From: an uncultured Brevinematales bacterium
Lineage (GTDB): Bacteria; Spirochaetota; Brevinematia; Brevinematales; JAOACQ01
Assembly: GCA_964392785.1 (NCBI GenBank)
Contig: CAYMRH010000002.1
Span: 797 to 64,796, forward strand
DNA length: 64,000 bases
Direction of reading: 5' to 3'
Below are positions 52,376 to 63,200 of the stretch, in pieces. The notes below the pieces were generated by a model. It was not told the DNA's origin. It was given only the letters and a program-made list of their open reading frames with translations, and searched no databases. Positions within the stretch are counted from its first letter, which is position 1; the number at the start of each line of letters is the position of its first letter. A program made the position numbers and the translations under genes.

Positions 52376-55300
52376 CTACCGGACCACGATGATCGTGCCG
52401 CTGTACACGTTCTGCCCGGCCTGGATCCGGTAAATATAAACGCCGCCTTTCACGGCATAACCTTCGTCGTCATGTCCGTCCCAGTACACTTCGCCCTGGC
52501 TGTAGGACCCGCTCCGCTCGAAACTCTTCACCAGATTGCCGCGCAGGTCGTAAATCTTGACCGTGTACTGGTCGTAAGCCCGGTCGAACACCACGCTGAT
52601 CTTGGCGTTGGCCGTGGAACGGCTGCCGGACCGCGGCGTGAACACTTTCGGCTCCACCCGGACCTGGGAGAATCCCGGCACCGTCGTCGCGGGTACGGAC
52701 CCTTCGCCGAATACGGCGTAATACTTGTGCAGGTAACCCGCCTGGATCGTGACCGTATTCGCGGACGTGTCCACCGCGCCGCCCAGACGGATCCATTCCT
52801 TGGTCATGGGCCGCCAGTAATAAACCGCCAGCTTGCTCTCGTCCCATCCCTGCGCCGCGACATTCGAATCCTCGTAATGAAGGACGATCAGGACGTCATT
52901 GGTCAGTTCCTGTTCCTCCATCGGGCTGTCGCTCAAGTCCCGCATATCCACCCAGTACATGGTCACGCTCACCGGGTCCGCGGGCGAGGCAATCGTCTTG
53001 CTCCGGGTCGAGGCCGTCTGCATATCCGTCTCGAACATGTTGGTCAGCCAGATGTCGATGGAGAAATTGCGGATCAGGGTGTTCGGATAAACCGTGATCC
53101 TGGTCGCGCTGTCCTGCTGGGCCAGAATCTCCTGCGGGGACGTGTCCCTCGCGTTCAGGGGCGAATGCCTCAGTACGTTGGTTCCGATGTTCGTCACGGC
53201 GTTCGTCTCGACGATGACCGCCGCCAGGCGGATGTCCTTGTACCGGGGAGACGTGATCACCACGTCGTAGGACCCGCCGGGCACGAAGTCCAGCAGATAG
53301 AAACCGTCGGACGCAGCCGTGCCCAGGATATTGGTCCCGAATTTGTTCGTAACCAGAGTGTCCGTTCCGCTCTGCACGACCTTGACCGACGCGTTCAGGT
53401 AACCCGGAAGGACCGCGCCCGCGACCCGCCCGAAGTCCGGAACTTCCACGGCCAGCGTGCGGGTGGAGGATTCCGGCAGAAGCGTCTCTTCCACAAACGG
53501 CGAACCCGCGAACCGGATCAGGGCCGGCATCGGAACAACGGCGTTCGTGGCCAGGGAATACCGCACCGCGATCCCGACGTTGTCAAACGTCCTCTTCTCC
53601 ACGGGCGTCGCGCCGTAATCCAGGCGGATCCAGTTGGTCCCGCCGAAGTTGGTGATCACCGGCGTCAGGTTGGAACTGGACATCCGGGAGGAGATCAGCC
53701 GGTCCACCGTCATCGCGTTCGTATCGAACGCGATCCACGCCGTCTGGATGCCGAACGCGTAGGATTCGTTCTCGATCTTGTAGCCGATCACCGCGTTGGT
53801 GTCCAGCGTATAGACAACGGGCCGTTCGTAAATATAGGTCCGGCTCTTCTGCTCGGGAATCAGCATGGACAACAGCAGCGTTTCCGGCGCCGTCGTGGAC
53901 GCCGCGGAGTCAACGGCCGAACTCTCGTTGTTCGCGACGACTGTCACCGGATAGGATCCGCTGTCCAGGATCAGGTAATCCAGATCGAAGCTGACCGTGT
54001 CCGTCAGGGACGTCGCGAACCCGCCCGGCAGTTCGTTGGTGTAGTAAATCGAAATCACGTTGCTCGTGACCTGTATGGACGTCGCTTCCGTTGTCAACAG
54101 GTCGCTGGCAAACGATCCGGCGACCGTGTTGGTCAGGGCGAAAGGCGACGCCGGCGGCACGGGCAGAACGATCCGAACAACGGACAGGGAATTGGCGCCC
54201 GACCCGGTATTGACCAGCCGCAGGCTCAACGTGTTGGTCTGCCGGACGGACGCGTTCGTGCAGACGTAGAAGAACGTGTTGATCAGGTGCGCTTCCAGCG
54301 ACGGAGACGGCATGACAAAGGACTGGTTGAGGGCGTTTAAAATGCTCTCCCGGGCCCGCCCGAATCCCGTCCCGTTGTCGGCTCGCACCGTCCAGATATT
54401 GTTGTTGGAAATCCCCTTCTGGAGCCCGTCCATGACACGGAGAGTGATCCGGTCCGAGCTGTTTTTCGGAAGGGCCCCGCCGCCAAAGTTGGTCACGTAA
54501 ACCGTCGTGTTGCTCACAAAAGCCACGCCGTTGGAACTCGCGGCCGACACCACGTTGGTATAAATCGCCGGCAGGTCCACCCTTAAGGACAGGGTGGGCA
54601 ATACGCCCGACGAATTGTTGTTGTAAAACAGCACAAGATCGTTGGTGTATTCCGTGGCCAGCACCGAAAGCGGCGTCACGCTCGCGCTCGGCGGGTTCAC
54701 CACGTTCACGTAATGATCGTACGGGGACAGATTGGTCGCGTCGTTGGTGTGCTGGCCGTTGTAGAATCGGGCCTGCACGAATACGTTGGATTCAAAGCCC
54801 GCTTTGTTGGTCAGAACCATCACCACGGTGTCCGTCATCTGGCTCGTGAAATTGGAATAATCCAGACGCAGCACGCCCGCCGCGTAATTGGTGTTCGTCA
54901 CCAGCGGCGAAAGCTGGAACGTCATGGCCGCGTTCGTGAACACCGCCGGAATGCTGATCCACGCCTGCCGGGGCCTGTTGGATCCCTGGCCCGTGTTGAT
55001 GAAACGGTAGGTCGCCGTGAATGTCCCGTGGGTCGTGAACACCTCGTTGTAATCGAACCTGGCCCGGACGGACGGCTGCGGCATCACAAACGCGATCAGG
55101 TTGGTCCCCACCTTGACGTCCGCCGCCGCGAAAGTTTCCTCGGACGTATAGTAATTCGCCATCACCGAAATCCAGACGTTCGTGTCCCCCAGATCCAGAC
55201 TGTCCGGAACGGTCAGGGTGACGATGTCGTTCGTGTCAATCACGAAAACGTTGCTGGCGTAGACCAGTTCCACGTAATTGGTCCCGTCCATGTTGGTCCA

Positions 55301-58300
55301 GACGCCCGCGCTGGGCAGAACGGTTGAGAACACCGCCCCGTTTGTCACAAACGGTCCCGGCAGGCTGATCCGCAGCCGCCGGACGTCGTTCCCGAAACCG
55401 CCCGAGTTGTTCACCACGGCCTGGAACGTCGTCTGCGCCAGGGAGGTGTCAACCGCATTGGGCGTGACCCGGAAGTCCGCCTGATAACCCGGCTGCACCA
55501 CCTCGAAATTCAGGTCCCCCGCCAGCAGGGTCTGGGACTGCACGAAGGTGTTGGTGTTCGTCGTGTTCGCCGCATAGACCGTCCAGGCCCCCTGGAACCC
55601 CGGCAGGGCCTGGTTGTCCCACGCGATGAAAAATACGGTGTCTTTTTTCTTGGCTGTCAGGTTCGTGTTGGACGCGGCGTAATCAACAAGGATATACCCG
55701 TTGGTGTAAACAAGCCGCCCGCCCAGAACGTTGGACAACCCGCTGATGTTGGTGATGATGTTGGTCAGCGCATTGGTAAACGGCGGCAGGATCTTCAGCA
55801 TCTGGATGTCGTTGCCGATCACGCCGATATTCGTGACGGTCAGCGCGTACATCTGCGACTTCAGGTCCTTGCCCACAGTCCTGGGAGTCACGGCCGCGTA
55901 GGACTGGGAATCCGGCAACACCACCGTAACGGTCAGCGAATTGGTGCCCCGCGGCGTCAAATCGCGGAACCCGCCGCTGTCACCATAGTAGAACACGCTG
56001 TTGGTCCAGTACGCGTCCGTCGGAACCGTGATATACGCCTTCGGCGCATACACCTTGAATGAAGTGAACGAGTTCCCCGTAAAATTGGTCCCGTAATCCA
56101 GATAAATTCCGCCGTTCGACACGGCCCAGGCAAACCCCTTGCCCGTCGAGTACTCCACCACCAAACCCGTGGTCTGGTAGGGATACGGCACGTCCACCTT
56201 CACGGTCTGGATGGGACTGCTCGCGGCGTTGGTCCCGTTCCGCACCACGATCTCCAGCACGTTGGACAGGTCCGTGGTCAGCGCGTTCGTGGGCGTCAGG
56301 TTGACGCCGGGTCTTTCGGTTGAAAACGTGTTCGTGCTCCCGAATATCCGGTTGGTCAGCAGTTCGTAATAGTCGTCGCCCAAAAACTGGAATCCGTTGA
56401 AGGCCGTCAGCGTCCAGGCGTCCGTCACGCCCGGCGCCAGGTTGGAATAGGCCGTGCGGACCGTCAGGACGTCGTTGGACCCCGCGGGGAGATACTGGTT
56501 GGAATAGTAAACCGTGACGTTGGTCGGCGTGAGCTGGATCAGGGCCGGAACCGACAGGTTGGACTGCCCCAGCCACCGGCTGTGCACCACGGTCACCCGG
56601 TTCGTGAACGACGCCGGGAACGCGATGCGGACTTTCTGGAACACGTCCGTTCCCTGGCCGGCGTTGGACACCACGGCCAGGAAGTCCTGCGTTTCGTTGG
56701 TCCCCGTGAAATAGACGTTGGGTGTCATGCCCGCCCCGCCCCGCGGTTTCGGTATGTCAAACTCCAGCGTCCCGGACCCACCGGACTGGACGTTCGTGAC
56801 CGGAACCGTCTCCCGGTCGTTCTGCGCGGTCACGTCCACCGCGACCGGCCCGTACTTCATGCCGTCGATCTTGTCCACCAGGTCAAATGTGATCACGTCG
56901 TTGGACAGGCCGTCCAGGATCTTTCCGCCCAGTTCGTAATTGGCCGTGATCGTGTTCGATGCGATCCCGCCATTGATGTTGCCCAGCAGGGAACTCGAGG
57001 CATTGGTGATGTTCGAAACAATGGCCACCGGCAGCGTGATCACCGCCATCCGGATCCGGTTCCCGGGCAGACCCGTATTGGTCAACGTGACATGCAGCGT
57101 GTTCGTGACCGTGGTCGTGTCGATCTTGTTGGTCTCGATCCGGTATTCGGCCAGGACCGGCGGGTATTCCACCGTCAGGAAATTCGTCGGGCTGAAAAAC
57201 CCCGTCGTGCAGTCGGAATAAAGATTGGTGTCCGAAGTCTCCGCGTTGGTCTTGAAAACCGCCGTCTGCAAGACCAGGTTCGTCAGCTGGTAATTGGTGT
57301 TCGTGAACGTGTCCCAGTCAATCCGGTCCACGAACGTCAATACGACCGTGTCCTTGTCCGGATCCATCGGATTGTCGTTCACGGACTCAAGAAGCCCGTT
57401 GCCGTCCAGGACCCCGTTCGTCCCCTGATAATACAGGAACACGACGTTCGTTCCGTTGCGGTTCGTCACCAGGATATTCTGGTTGGTATTGCTCACATGC
57501 GCGCTGCGCACGCCGATCAGGTTCGTAAACACAGGCGACAGCGTGATCCGCGCCATGCGCACGCCCACGCCCAAAGGAGACGTGTTCCAGATCACGTTGG
57601 TCACCGTGTTCGTGATGTCGCTGGTGTAGATCAGCGGATTGACCACGCGGTTTTCGCCGGCCGGCAGCGGCGGAGAAATCCAGACGCCCCAGCGGGACGG
57701 CAGGTTTTCCTCGCCCAACACGAACCCTTCCGTGTTCCCGTTGTCCCCGTACACCGCCCAATCGCGGTACAGCGCGTTGGTGTCCAGGTTCGTGATCTGG
57801 TGGATCGTCCCGAACGTCAGCATGTCGTTGGATCCCGCCGGCAGGCGGTAACCCAACCCCGCGTTGGTGTAATCGATCAAAATGACGATATTTGAGGGCG
57901 CGGACAGATTGGTCCATACCGTACGGTAGCTGTTCGCGTTCGTGTTCCCGCCCAGCCAGGAACTCTTCACCCGCTCAATATTCGTGAATTCCGCCGGCAC
58001 GTGCACGGCCAATAACAGAATGTCGTTGCCCGCATCGCCCGCGTTCTGGACGGATAGGGTGAAATTGGAAACACTATTGCTCTGAACGGTGGAATTGACG
58101 GCGACGCTGTAGGGCGTCACTCCGGCCGCCGGACGCGGGGAACGGGATATGAGCGTCACGAACTGCCGGCCGTAGTTGGTATTCGTGGTCTGCATCCACG
58201 CCGCGCCCGCCACGAAGGCGTCGCTGTTCACCCAGGATTTCCATTGATAGTTCGTGAACTTCACGCCCGGGTCCAGGTCCGCCGTGCCGTACACGTCGAA

Positions 58301-60214
58301 CGTGATCTTGTCCGAACCGTTCACGCCGGCAACGCTGTAACCCGCGCCGTGATAATCGATATAGATGCAGTTGGACAACGCCAGACTGTCCATGTAATTC
58401 GTGAAATACACGAAATTGGAAGACGCCGCCCCCATCAGTTTGGAGGTGATGTTGCTGATCGCCGTAAAACCCGTGTCCGGAACCGCGATCACCGCCGAAC
58501 TGATTTCCGGCGAAGACGCGTTCCGGCTGGTGTCCAGTTTGTAGGTGTAACTGGCCGAATCCGAACCCTCGTAGTAAGGTATGCGGCTCACGGACACTTC
58601 CCCGTCCGCGCCGGGTTGAGTATAACTTCGCACCGTGAGACCCGACGGGAAGGACACAACGGCCTTCTTGCGCCCGGTCGTGGCGTATTTGATCCCGGTC
58701 GTGTTGTTGAACACCCAGTCGATCCCGCTGTCCGCGTGCTTGACGCTGTCCGCGTACACCTCGAAGGCGTCCCCCGCGCTGTTCGGCGCCGAGGGCGTGT
58801 AGAGAGAAAACGAGACGCTGATCGCCTGACCGTTGGTCATGACGATCCGGTGGTCGTTCGCCGCCGTCGCCCGGAACCGGATCACCATCTCCCCAGACGC
58901 GTTCGTGGTCAGGGAAAAACGCCCGGCGGGCGGGTTCATGTTGGTGTTGGTGTTGGTCTGGATCCCGTACACGTTGGACACCCACACGTTCGTCAGAATC
59001 CAATTGGACACGAATGACGCCGGTTTCCTGATCGCGATCTCCGCGATCCCGCTTTCGTTCGTGGATCCCATGTAATTCGTGATCAAGACTTTGAAGGTCA
59101 CCAGCGCGTTCGTCATCGTGTTCGTCGGGTAAACAGACGCCGTCAGGTTGCTGTTCACGCTCCGGATCAGAAAATGCTTGAGCTGGGAATACACATACTG
59201 ATAGTAAATTGTGGGCTGGTTGCCATCCGGTGTGGGCGATTCGGCTGCAAAATAAGCCGCCAGTTTGTTGGTCCATGCCACGGGAACTTCCGCGAACTTG
59301 ATCCAGGAATTCAGGTAATTATGCGGCGCTCCGCTGTTGTCCCCCGCCGGGTCCAGGTTCAGGTAAATGGATACTTTCTTCCCATCATGGGTCATCTTGA
59401 TGCCCAATTCGTTCGTGGCCGCGAACTCGTTGGTTCCGGACTCGCCTGTCGGTAGACCGCCGGGGAAGGAGAACTGCCGGCGGAATGCGGTATTCGGATC
59501 CAGGGAGTTTCCGTCAATGTCCGTCATGTTGGTCCAGACGTCCACGTAGCCGGAATAATCGCGTTCGTACTGGTCGAAATAACCCCAAACGTTGTTTGTC
59601 CGTGTCCGGGCTGCACCTGTGTTGCACCAGCGGTTGAACGCTTTGTCGTACCAGAATATGAAATTTTCGAAACTGTCGCCCAGGGCTTTGGCTCCATTGT
59701 CTTCGGCCATCCAGACCTCAAACAGGCCCTTGCCGTAGTCTTCATCGAAGTTTCCCACGTTGTTCAGCTGGTTGGCGGCCGTGTTGTCGCGATGGACGAA
59801 AGTCCCGTAACGGACGATCTGGAATCCGAACGGCTGTTCAGCGGACGCGGAGGCGTCCTGGCGGTTCAACTGCGCGTTGGAAACCGGCCGGAACAGGGCG
59901 CCTTTTCCTGTGTACCATTGGTCGAATGCCGAATCCGCATTCGGGTCCCCCCTCATGATCATGCGGGCGTTTGCCGGCTGATTGGACACGAACATATTGG
60001 ATGAACCGTTGCGGGTGTTATAGGTGTTTTCCACCCAGAAATCCCGGGACATGCAGAATTTCATGTTCCAACCGTTGGTGGTCAGCGTAGTCTCGGAGGA
60101 CGAGAAATCCTCGTAATAATACAGGGAACGGGCCTGACCGGCGGCCGTCAAGACAAACAGACAGAAAACGGTAGCGGCACAAACCCGGATTCGTTGTATC
60201 ATTCTGCTTATCAT
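52376..60214 (-). CDS. giant secreted repeat protein A (2612 aa) with a T9SS/FlgD-Ig-like C-terminal domain
   Basis: Longest ORF in the window. Signal peptide MISRMIQRIRVCAATVFCLFVLTAAGQA. A ~330-aa N-terminal globular region (possibly ConA/LamG-like; weak). About 13 divergent 130-150-aa modules with the motif x-N-x-G-x-x-(G/S)-N ... (I/V)x(L/V)P..FTN (CARDB/DUF11-like). A CarboxypepD_reg-like domain (~53183..53431). A 95-aa tail ...KIYDLRGNLVKSFERSGSYSQGEVYWDGHDDEGYAVKGGVYIYRIQAGQNVYSGTIIVVR. Asn/Thr/Ser/Val-rich and Cys-poor. Confidence 0.85.
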   Translation of the reverse strand: MISRMIQRIRVCAATVFCLFVLTAAGQARSLYYYEDFSSSETTLTTNGWNMKFCMSRDFWVENTYNTRNGSSNMFVSNQPANARMIMRGDPNADSAFDQWYTGKGALFRPVSNAQLNRQDASASAEQPFGFQIVRYGTFVHRDNTAANQLNNVGNFDEDYGKGLFEVWMAEDNGAKALGDSFENFIFWYDKAFNRWCNTGAARTRTNNVWGYFDQYERDYSGYVDVWTNMTDIDGNSLDPNTAFRRQFSFPGGLPTGESGTNEFAATNELGIKMTHDGKKVSIYLNLDPAGDNSGAPHNYLNSWIKFAEVPVAWTNKLAAYFAAESPTPDGNQPTIYYQYVYSQLKHFLIRSVNSNLTASVYPTNTMTNALVTFKVLITNYMGSTNESGIAEIAIRKPASFVSNWILTNVWVSNVYGIQTNTNTNMNPPAGRFSLTTNASGEMVIRFRATAANDHRIVMTNGQAISVSFSLYTPSAPNSAGDAFEVYADSVKHADSGIDWVFNNTTGIKYATTGRKKAVVSFPSGLTVRSYTQPGADGEVSVSRIPYYEGSDSASYTYKLDTSRNASSPEISSAVIAVPDTGFTAISNITSKLMGAASSNFVYFTNYMDSLALSNCIYIDYHGAGYSVAGVNGSDKITFDVYGTADLDPGVKFTNYQWKSWVNSDAFVAGAAWMQTTNTNYGRQFVTLISRSPRPAAGVTPYSVAVNSTVQSNSVSNFTLSVQNAGDAGNDILLLAVHVPAEFTNIERVKSSWLGGNTNANSYRTVWTNLSAPSNIVILIDYTNAGLGYRLPAGSNDMLTFGTIHQITNLDTNALYRDWAVYGDNGNTEGFVLGEENLPSRWGVWISPPLPAGENRVVNPLIYTSDITNTVTNVIWNTSPLGVGVRMARITLSPVFTNLIGVRSAHVSNTNQNILVTNRNGTNVVFLYYQGTNGVLDGNGLLESVNDNPMDPDKDTVVLTFVDRIDWDTFTNTNYQLTNLVLQTAVFKTNAETSDTNLYSDCTTGFFSPTNFLTVEYPPVLAEYRIETNKIDTTTVTNTLHVTLTNTGLPGNRIRMAVITLPVAIVSNITNASSSLLGNINGGIASNTITANYELGGKILDGLSNDVITFDLVDKIDGMKYGPVAVDVTAQNDRETVPVTNVQSGGSGTLEFDIPKPRGGAGMTPNVYFTGTNETQDFLAVVSNAGQGTDVFQKVRIAFPASFTNRVTVVHSRWLGQSNLSVPALIQLTPTNVTVYYSNQYLPAGSNDVLTVRTAYSNLAPGVTDAWTLTAFNGFQFLGDDYYELLTNRIFGSTNTFSTERPGVNLTPTNALTTDLSNVLEIVVRNGTNAASSPIQTVKVDVPYPYQTTGLVVEYSTGKGFAWAVSNGGIYLDYGTNFTGNSFTSFKVYAPKAYITVPTDAYWTNSVFYYGDSGGFRDLTPRGTNSLTVTVVLPDSQSYAAVTPRTVGKDLKSQMYALTVTNIGVIGNDIQMLKILPPFTNALTNIITNISGLSNVLGGRLVYTNGYILVDYAASNTNLTAKKKDTVFFIAWDNQALPGFQGAWTVYAANTTNTNTFVQSQTLLAGDLNFEVVQPGYQADFRVTPNAVDTSLAQTTFQAVVNNSGGFGNDVRRLRISLPGPFVTNGAVFSTVLPSAGVWTNMDGTNYVELVYASNVFVIDTNDIVTLTVPDSLDLGDTNVWISVMANYYTSEETFAAADVKVGTNLIAFVMPQPSVRARFDYNEVFTTHGTFTATYRFINTGQGSNRPRQAWISIPAVFTNAAMTFQLSPLVTNTNYAAGVLRLDYSNFTSQMTDTVVMVLTNKAGFESNVFVQARFYNGQHTNDATNLSPYDHYVNVVNPPSASVTPLSVLATEYTNDLVLFYNNNSSGVLPTLSLRVDLPAIYTNVVSAASSNGVAFVSNTTVYVTNFGGGALPKNSSDRITLRVMDGLQKGISNNNIWTVRADNGTGFGRARESILNALNQSFVMPSPSLEAHLINTFFYVCTNASVRQTNTLSLRLVNTGSGANSLSVVRIVLPVPPASPFALTNTVAGSFASDLLTTEATSIQVTSNVISIYYTNELPGGFATSLTDTVSFDLDYLILDSGSYPVTVVANNESSAVDSAASTTAPETLLLSMLIPEQKSRTYIYERPVVYTLDTNAVIGYKIENESYAFGIQTAWIAFDTNAMTVDRLISSRMSSSNLTPVITNFGGTNWIRLDYGATPVEKRTFDNVGIAVRYSLATNAVVPMPALIRFAGSPFVEETLLPESSTRTLAVEVPDFGRVAGAVLPGYLNASVKVVQSGTDTLVTNKFGTNILGTAASDGFYLLDFVPGGSYDVVITSPRYKDIRLAAVIVETNAVTNIGTNVLRHSPLNARDTSPQEILAQQDSATRITVYPNTLIRNFSIDIWLTNMFETDMQTASTRSKTIASPADPVSVTMYWVDMRDLSDSPMEEQELTNDVLIVLHYEDSNVAAQGWDESKLAVYYWRPMTKEWIRLGGAVDTSANTVTIQAGYLHKYYAVFGEGSVPATTVPGFSQVRVEPKVFTPRSGSRSTANAKISVVFDRAYDQYTVKIYDLRGNLVKSFERSGSYSQGEVYWDGHDDEGYAVKGGVYIYRIQAGQNVYSGTIIVVR

Positions 60215-60220
60215 AACAAC

Positions 60221-63200
60221 CTACCGCACAATCACGATGGTGCCGGAATAGACCTGCCCGCCCGCCAGGACGCGGTAAATATACACGCCGCCCTTGACCG
60301 GGTAGCCGTCGTCGTCCCGGGAATCCCACGCCACTTCGCCCTGGTTGTAGGACCCCTTGCGGGCAAAACTCTTCACCAGGTTGCCGCGCAGGTCAAAGAT
60401 CCTGACTTCATACCCGTCCGGCGCCTGCAGGGCGTCCAGCTCGAAGGTGATCCGCACGTTGCCGAAATACCCGTCCGCGCTCTTGGTAGGCGTGAAAATC
60501 TTGGGCCGCGCGGCCACGTTCCGGATCACGCCGTCTGCCGCCACACCGCCGAACACGCCGTACAGATCGTGCAAGAACCCGGCCTTCAGGACCACCTGTT
60601 TGTTCACGCTGTCCACGGTGCCGCCCATCTTTGTCCAGCGGCCCGCCACGCGGTCCCAATAATACGCGGAGAGTTCCGTTTCGCTCCAGCCGCGGGACGC
60701 GATGTCTGTCGCGTCGTATCCCAGGTAGATAATGGCGTCCAGCTTCAGAACCTCTCCTTCCACGACGGCGTTGGGCAGGTTCCGGATGTCAAACCAGTAC
60801 CCCTGCAATCCCGCCGTGGTCGAGGGCGCTTTCACTTTCGAATTCCGGTTCAAGTCCGCCTTCTGTTCCGCCGTCAGGTCCACCATCCGGATGTCCAGGG
60901 ACATGTCTCGTTCAAGTCCCGCCACGGGGAACTCCACGCGGGAATTTGTGGATTCGTAACTCGCCACCGTCTGGTTGGTGAGAGAATCCGGGTCCAGTAC
61001 GGCATTCTGCATGGTGATGATGGACACGAGATTCTCCATGTTCGACAGAATCGTAACCGTCCCGCGGTAGGTCCGGAACCGGGACGCGGCGAGCTCCAGA
61101 GTATAGTCCCCGGCGGGAATAAAGGAAAACGCGTATTCGCCGTTGGTTCCGGTCACTGTCCCGGCCAGTTCCCCGTCAATATTGGTGGCCAATACGGAAG
61201 TACCCGGCTGGTACAGTTTGGCGGCCACGGCATATCCGCGCGGGAAGATCTCCCCTTTCAGTTTGCCCCAGAGCGCGTCGTTCACGGACAGCACCTGGGT
61301 GTATCCGGCGTTCACCGTACCGAACGTCCCGTTCGTCACCCCCGTCAGGACCACCGTGGAGGTCAGCATGGTATTCGTCACGTTCGTGATGGAATAGTTC
61401 AAATACAGGGTGATGATGTCCCGCTGGCTGAACGGGATGGCGTTCGCGCTGTAATCAATTTCTATGGCCGAGCCCGTGTTGTTCACCACGGAACCGGCCC
61501 ACGTGTTGGACACCGCCGCCACACGGATCAGGTTCGAATCATAAGGAATGCTCGCGCTGGTCAGGGACGTGTTGAGCGAACCGTTCAGGATCCGGTATTC
61601 TATCCGGTCGTTGGTGTTGATCGTGAAAATGGAACTGCGCCCGTTGATGTAACCCTGGACCGTGACCGCCGGGAATTCCACCCTCAGATTAAGCGCTCCC
61701 GCCCCGCCTTCACCCGGAACCGCCACGTACCGGCCTTCGATGTCGCCGTTGGTCAGGTTCACGGCCTCGGCCGTAATGGTCATGTTCGTGGCCGACTCCA
61801 GCGTGTTGGAAAAAGACAGCCACACCACGTCCGTGCCGGCGGCCGGCACCAGGTTCGTGTTCTGGTACTGGACCGTCACGACGTTGCCGGCTATGGATGA
61901 GCCGGCGTCCGTGAAGAACTGGTTGCTGAGCACCGTCAGTCCCGCCAGCGCCTGCGGGATCGCAAACCGGAAGCGCGACAGCCCGTTACTGCCCGTGCCT
62001 TTGTTGTAGACCGTGACCGCCATGTTCGTCTGGCCTGTCGTGGTGTAGAACTGGTTGTAGGACAATTTCGCGGTCGCCGCGGCGGCGGGCATGGTGAACG
62101 CCACGTTGGTAGAACCGGACACGTCCTGGTCCATCAGCACCCAGGAACTGCCGTTATGCGCTCTTGCGGAAATCCCGGCGTTCGTGTCTCCCACCGCCAG
62201 GCCGTCGGAGAGCCGGAAGGTCACGGCGTCGTTCCCGCCCGATGACAGTTCGTTCCCGTCAGAAACGTAATCCAGCGTCAGGCTCGTGATCATGCCGTAA
62301 ATGTTGTCCCGGTTCGTGATCACCAGGCTGTTCGTCATGAGGATCCCTGTGAACGGGCTGGAAAATTCCAGAACCACCTTCTGGACTTTCGCCTTCCCGC
62401 CCGTGTTGTTCAGGATGAAGACGTTCACGTCGTTGGACGCCGTGGTGGTGGACAGGGCGTTGGGTGTCACGTAATAGGTGGGCACGGTCACGATGTCCAG
62501 TTGCCGGCCGTCCACCGCCAGGTCCGATACGCCTGACGCATAGACCGCGTTGTCCACCTGGCAGGCAAACGTGTGGTTGGTGGGGGTCAGGACGGCCGAA
62601 CGCAGGGTCAGGTACACCGTGTCGTTCGAACCCGGAACAAAATTGTTCGAGTAATCCAGCGTCAGAACTCCCGTCCCGCCGTCGTAAGCCGCGTTCGTGG
62701 CTAGGGAGTTGCTCGCGTCTGCGGCGTTAAAAAGCGCCCGGTAGGGCTCCGGCAGCGTGATGCGCGCCCGGAAAATGTCCCCCGAGCCGTCCCCGGTGTT
62801 CGTGATCCGGAATCCCAGCACAAAATTGGTGGTCCTGGTGTACACTTCACGGGGCAACGGGCTCACAATCCCCGCCCGGGCCGCCGGCGACGGCATGAGG
62901 AAATACGACTGCCAGCTCTTCCCCGCGTATTCCTGCCCGGCCTTGTACCGGTTGTCCGTCGTATCATAGGCCACGGCGTTCGTCCACGCGAAGTTTGTTT
63001 CCCCGTAAAGATACAGGTCGTTCACCTTGATCTGCACCGCGTCATAATCTCCGGGCACGATCGGGCTGTCGTACACGATCTCGAAAGCCGTCCGGTCGTT
63101 GGTCAAAGTGATGGACGCGGCCCGGCTGTTGGTCACCTGCAGGGAATTGGTGTCAAAAAAGTCCGCCCCGCCCGGCACGGAAACCCACACTCGGGTCATA

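Noticed and set aside
52337-61900. Series of long plus-strand ORFs (52337..54340, 54713..55327, 56582..57895, 58244..59017, 60194..61900) opposite the giant genes
   Set aside because: All are antisense to the 2612-aa and partial giant ORFs, which have a signal peptide, repeat structure and conserved C-terminal domains. The plus-strand translations are Arg/Asp/His/Gly-rich with no family features.
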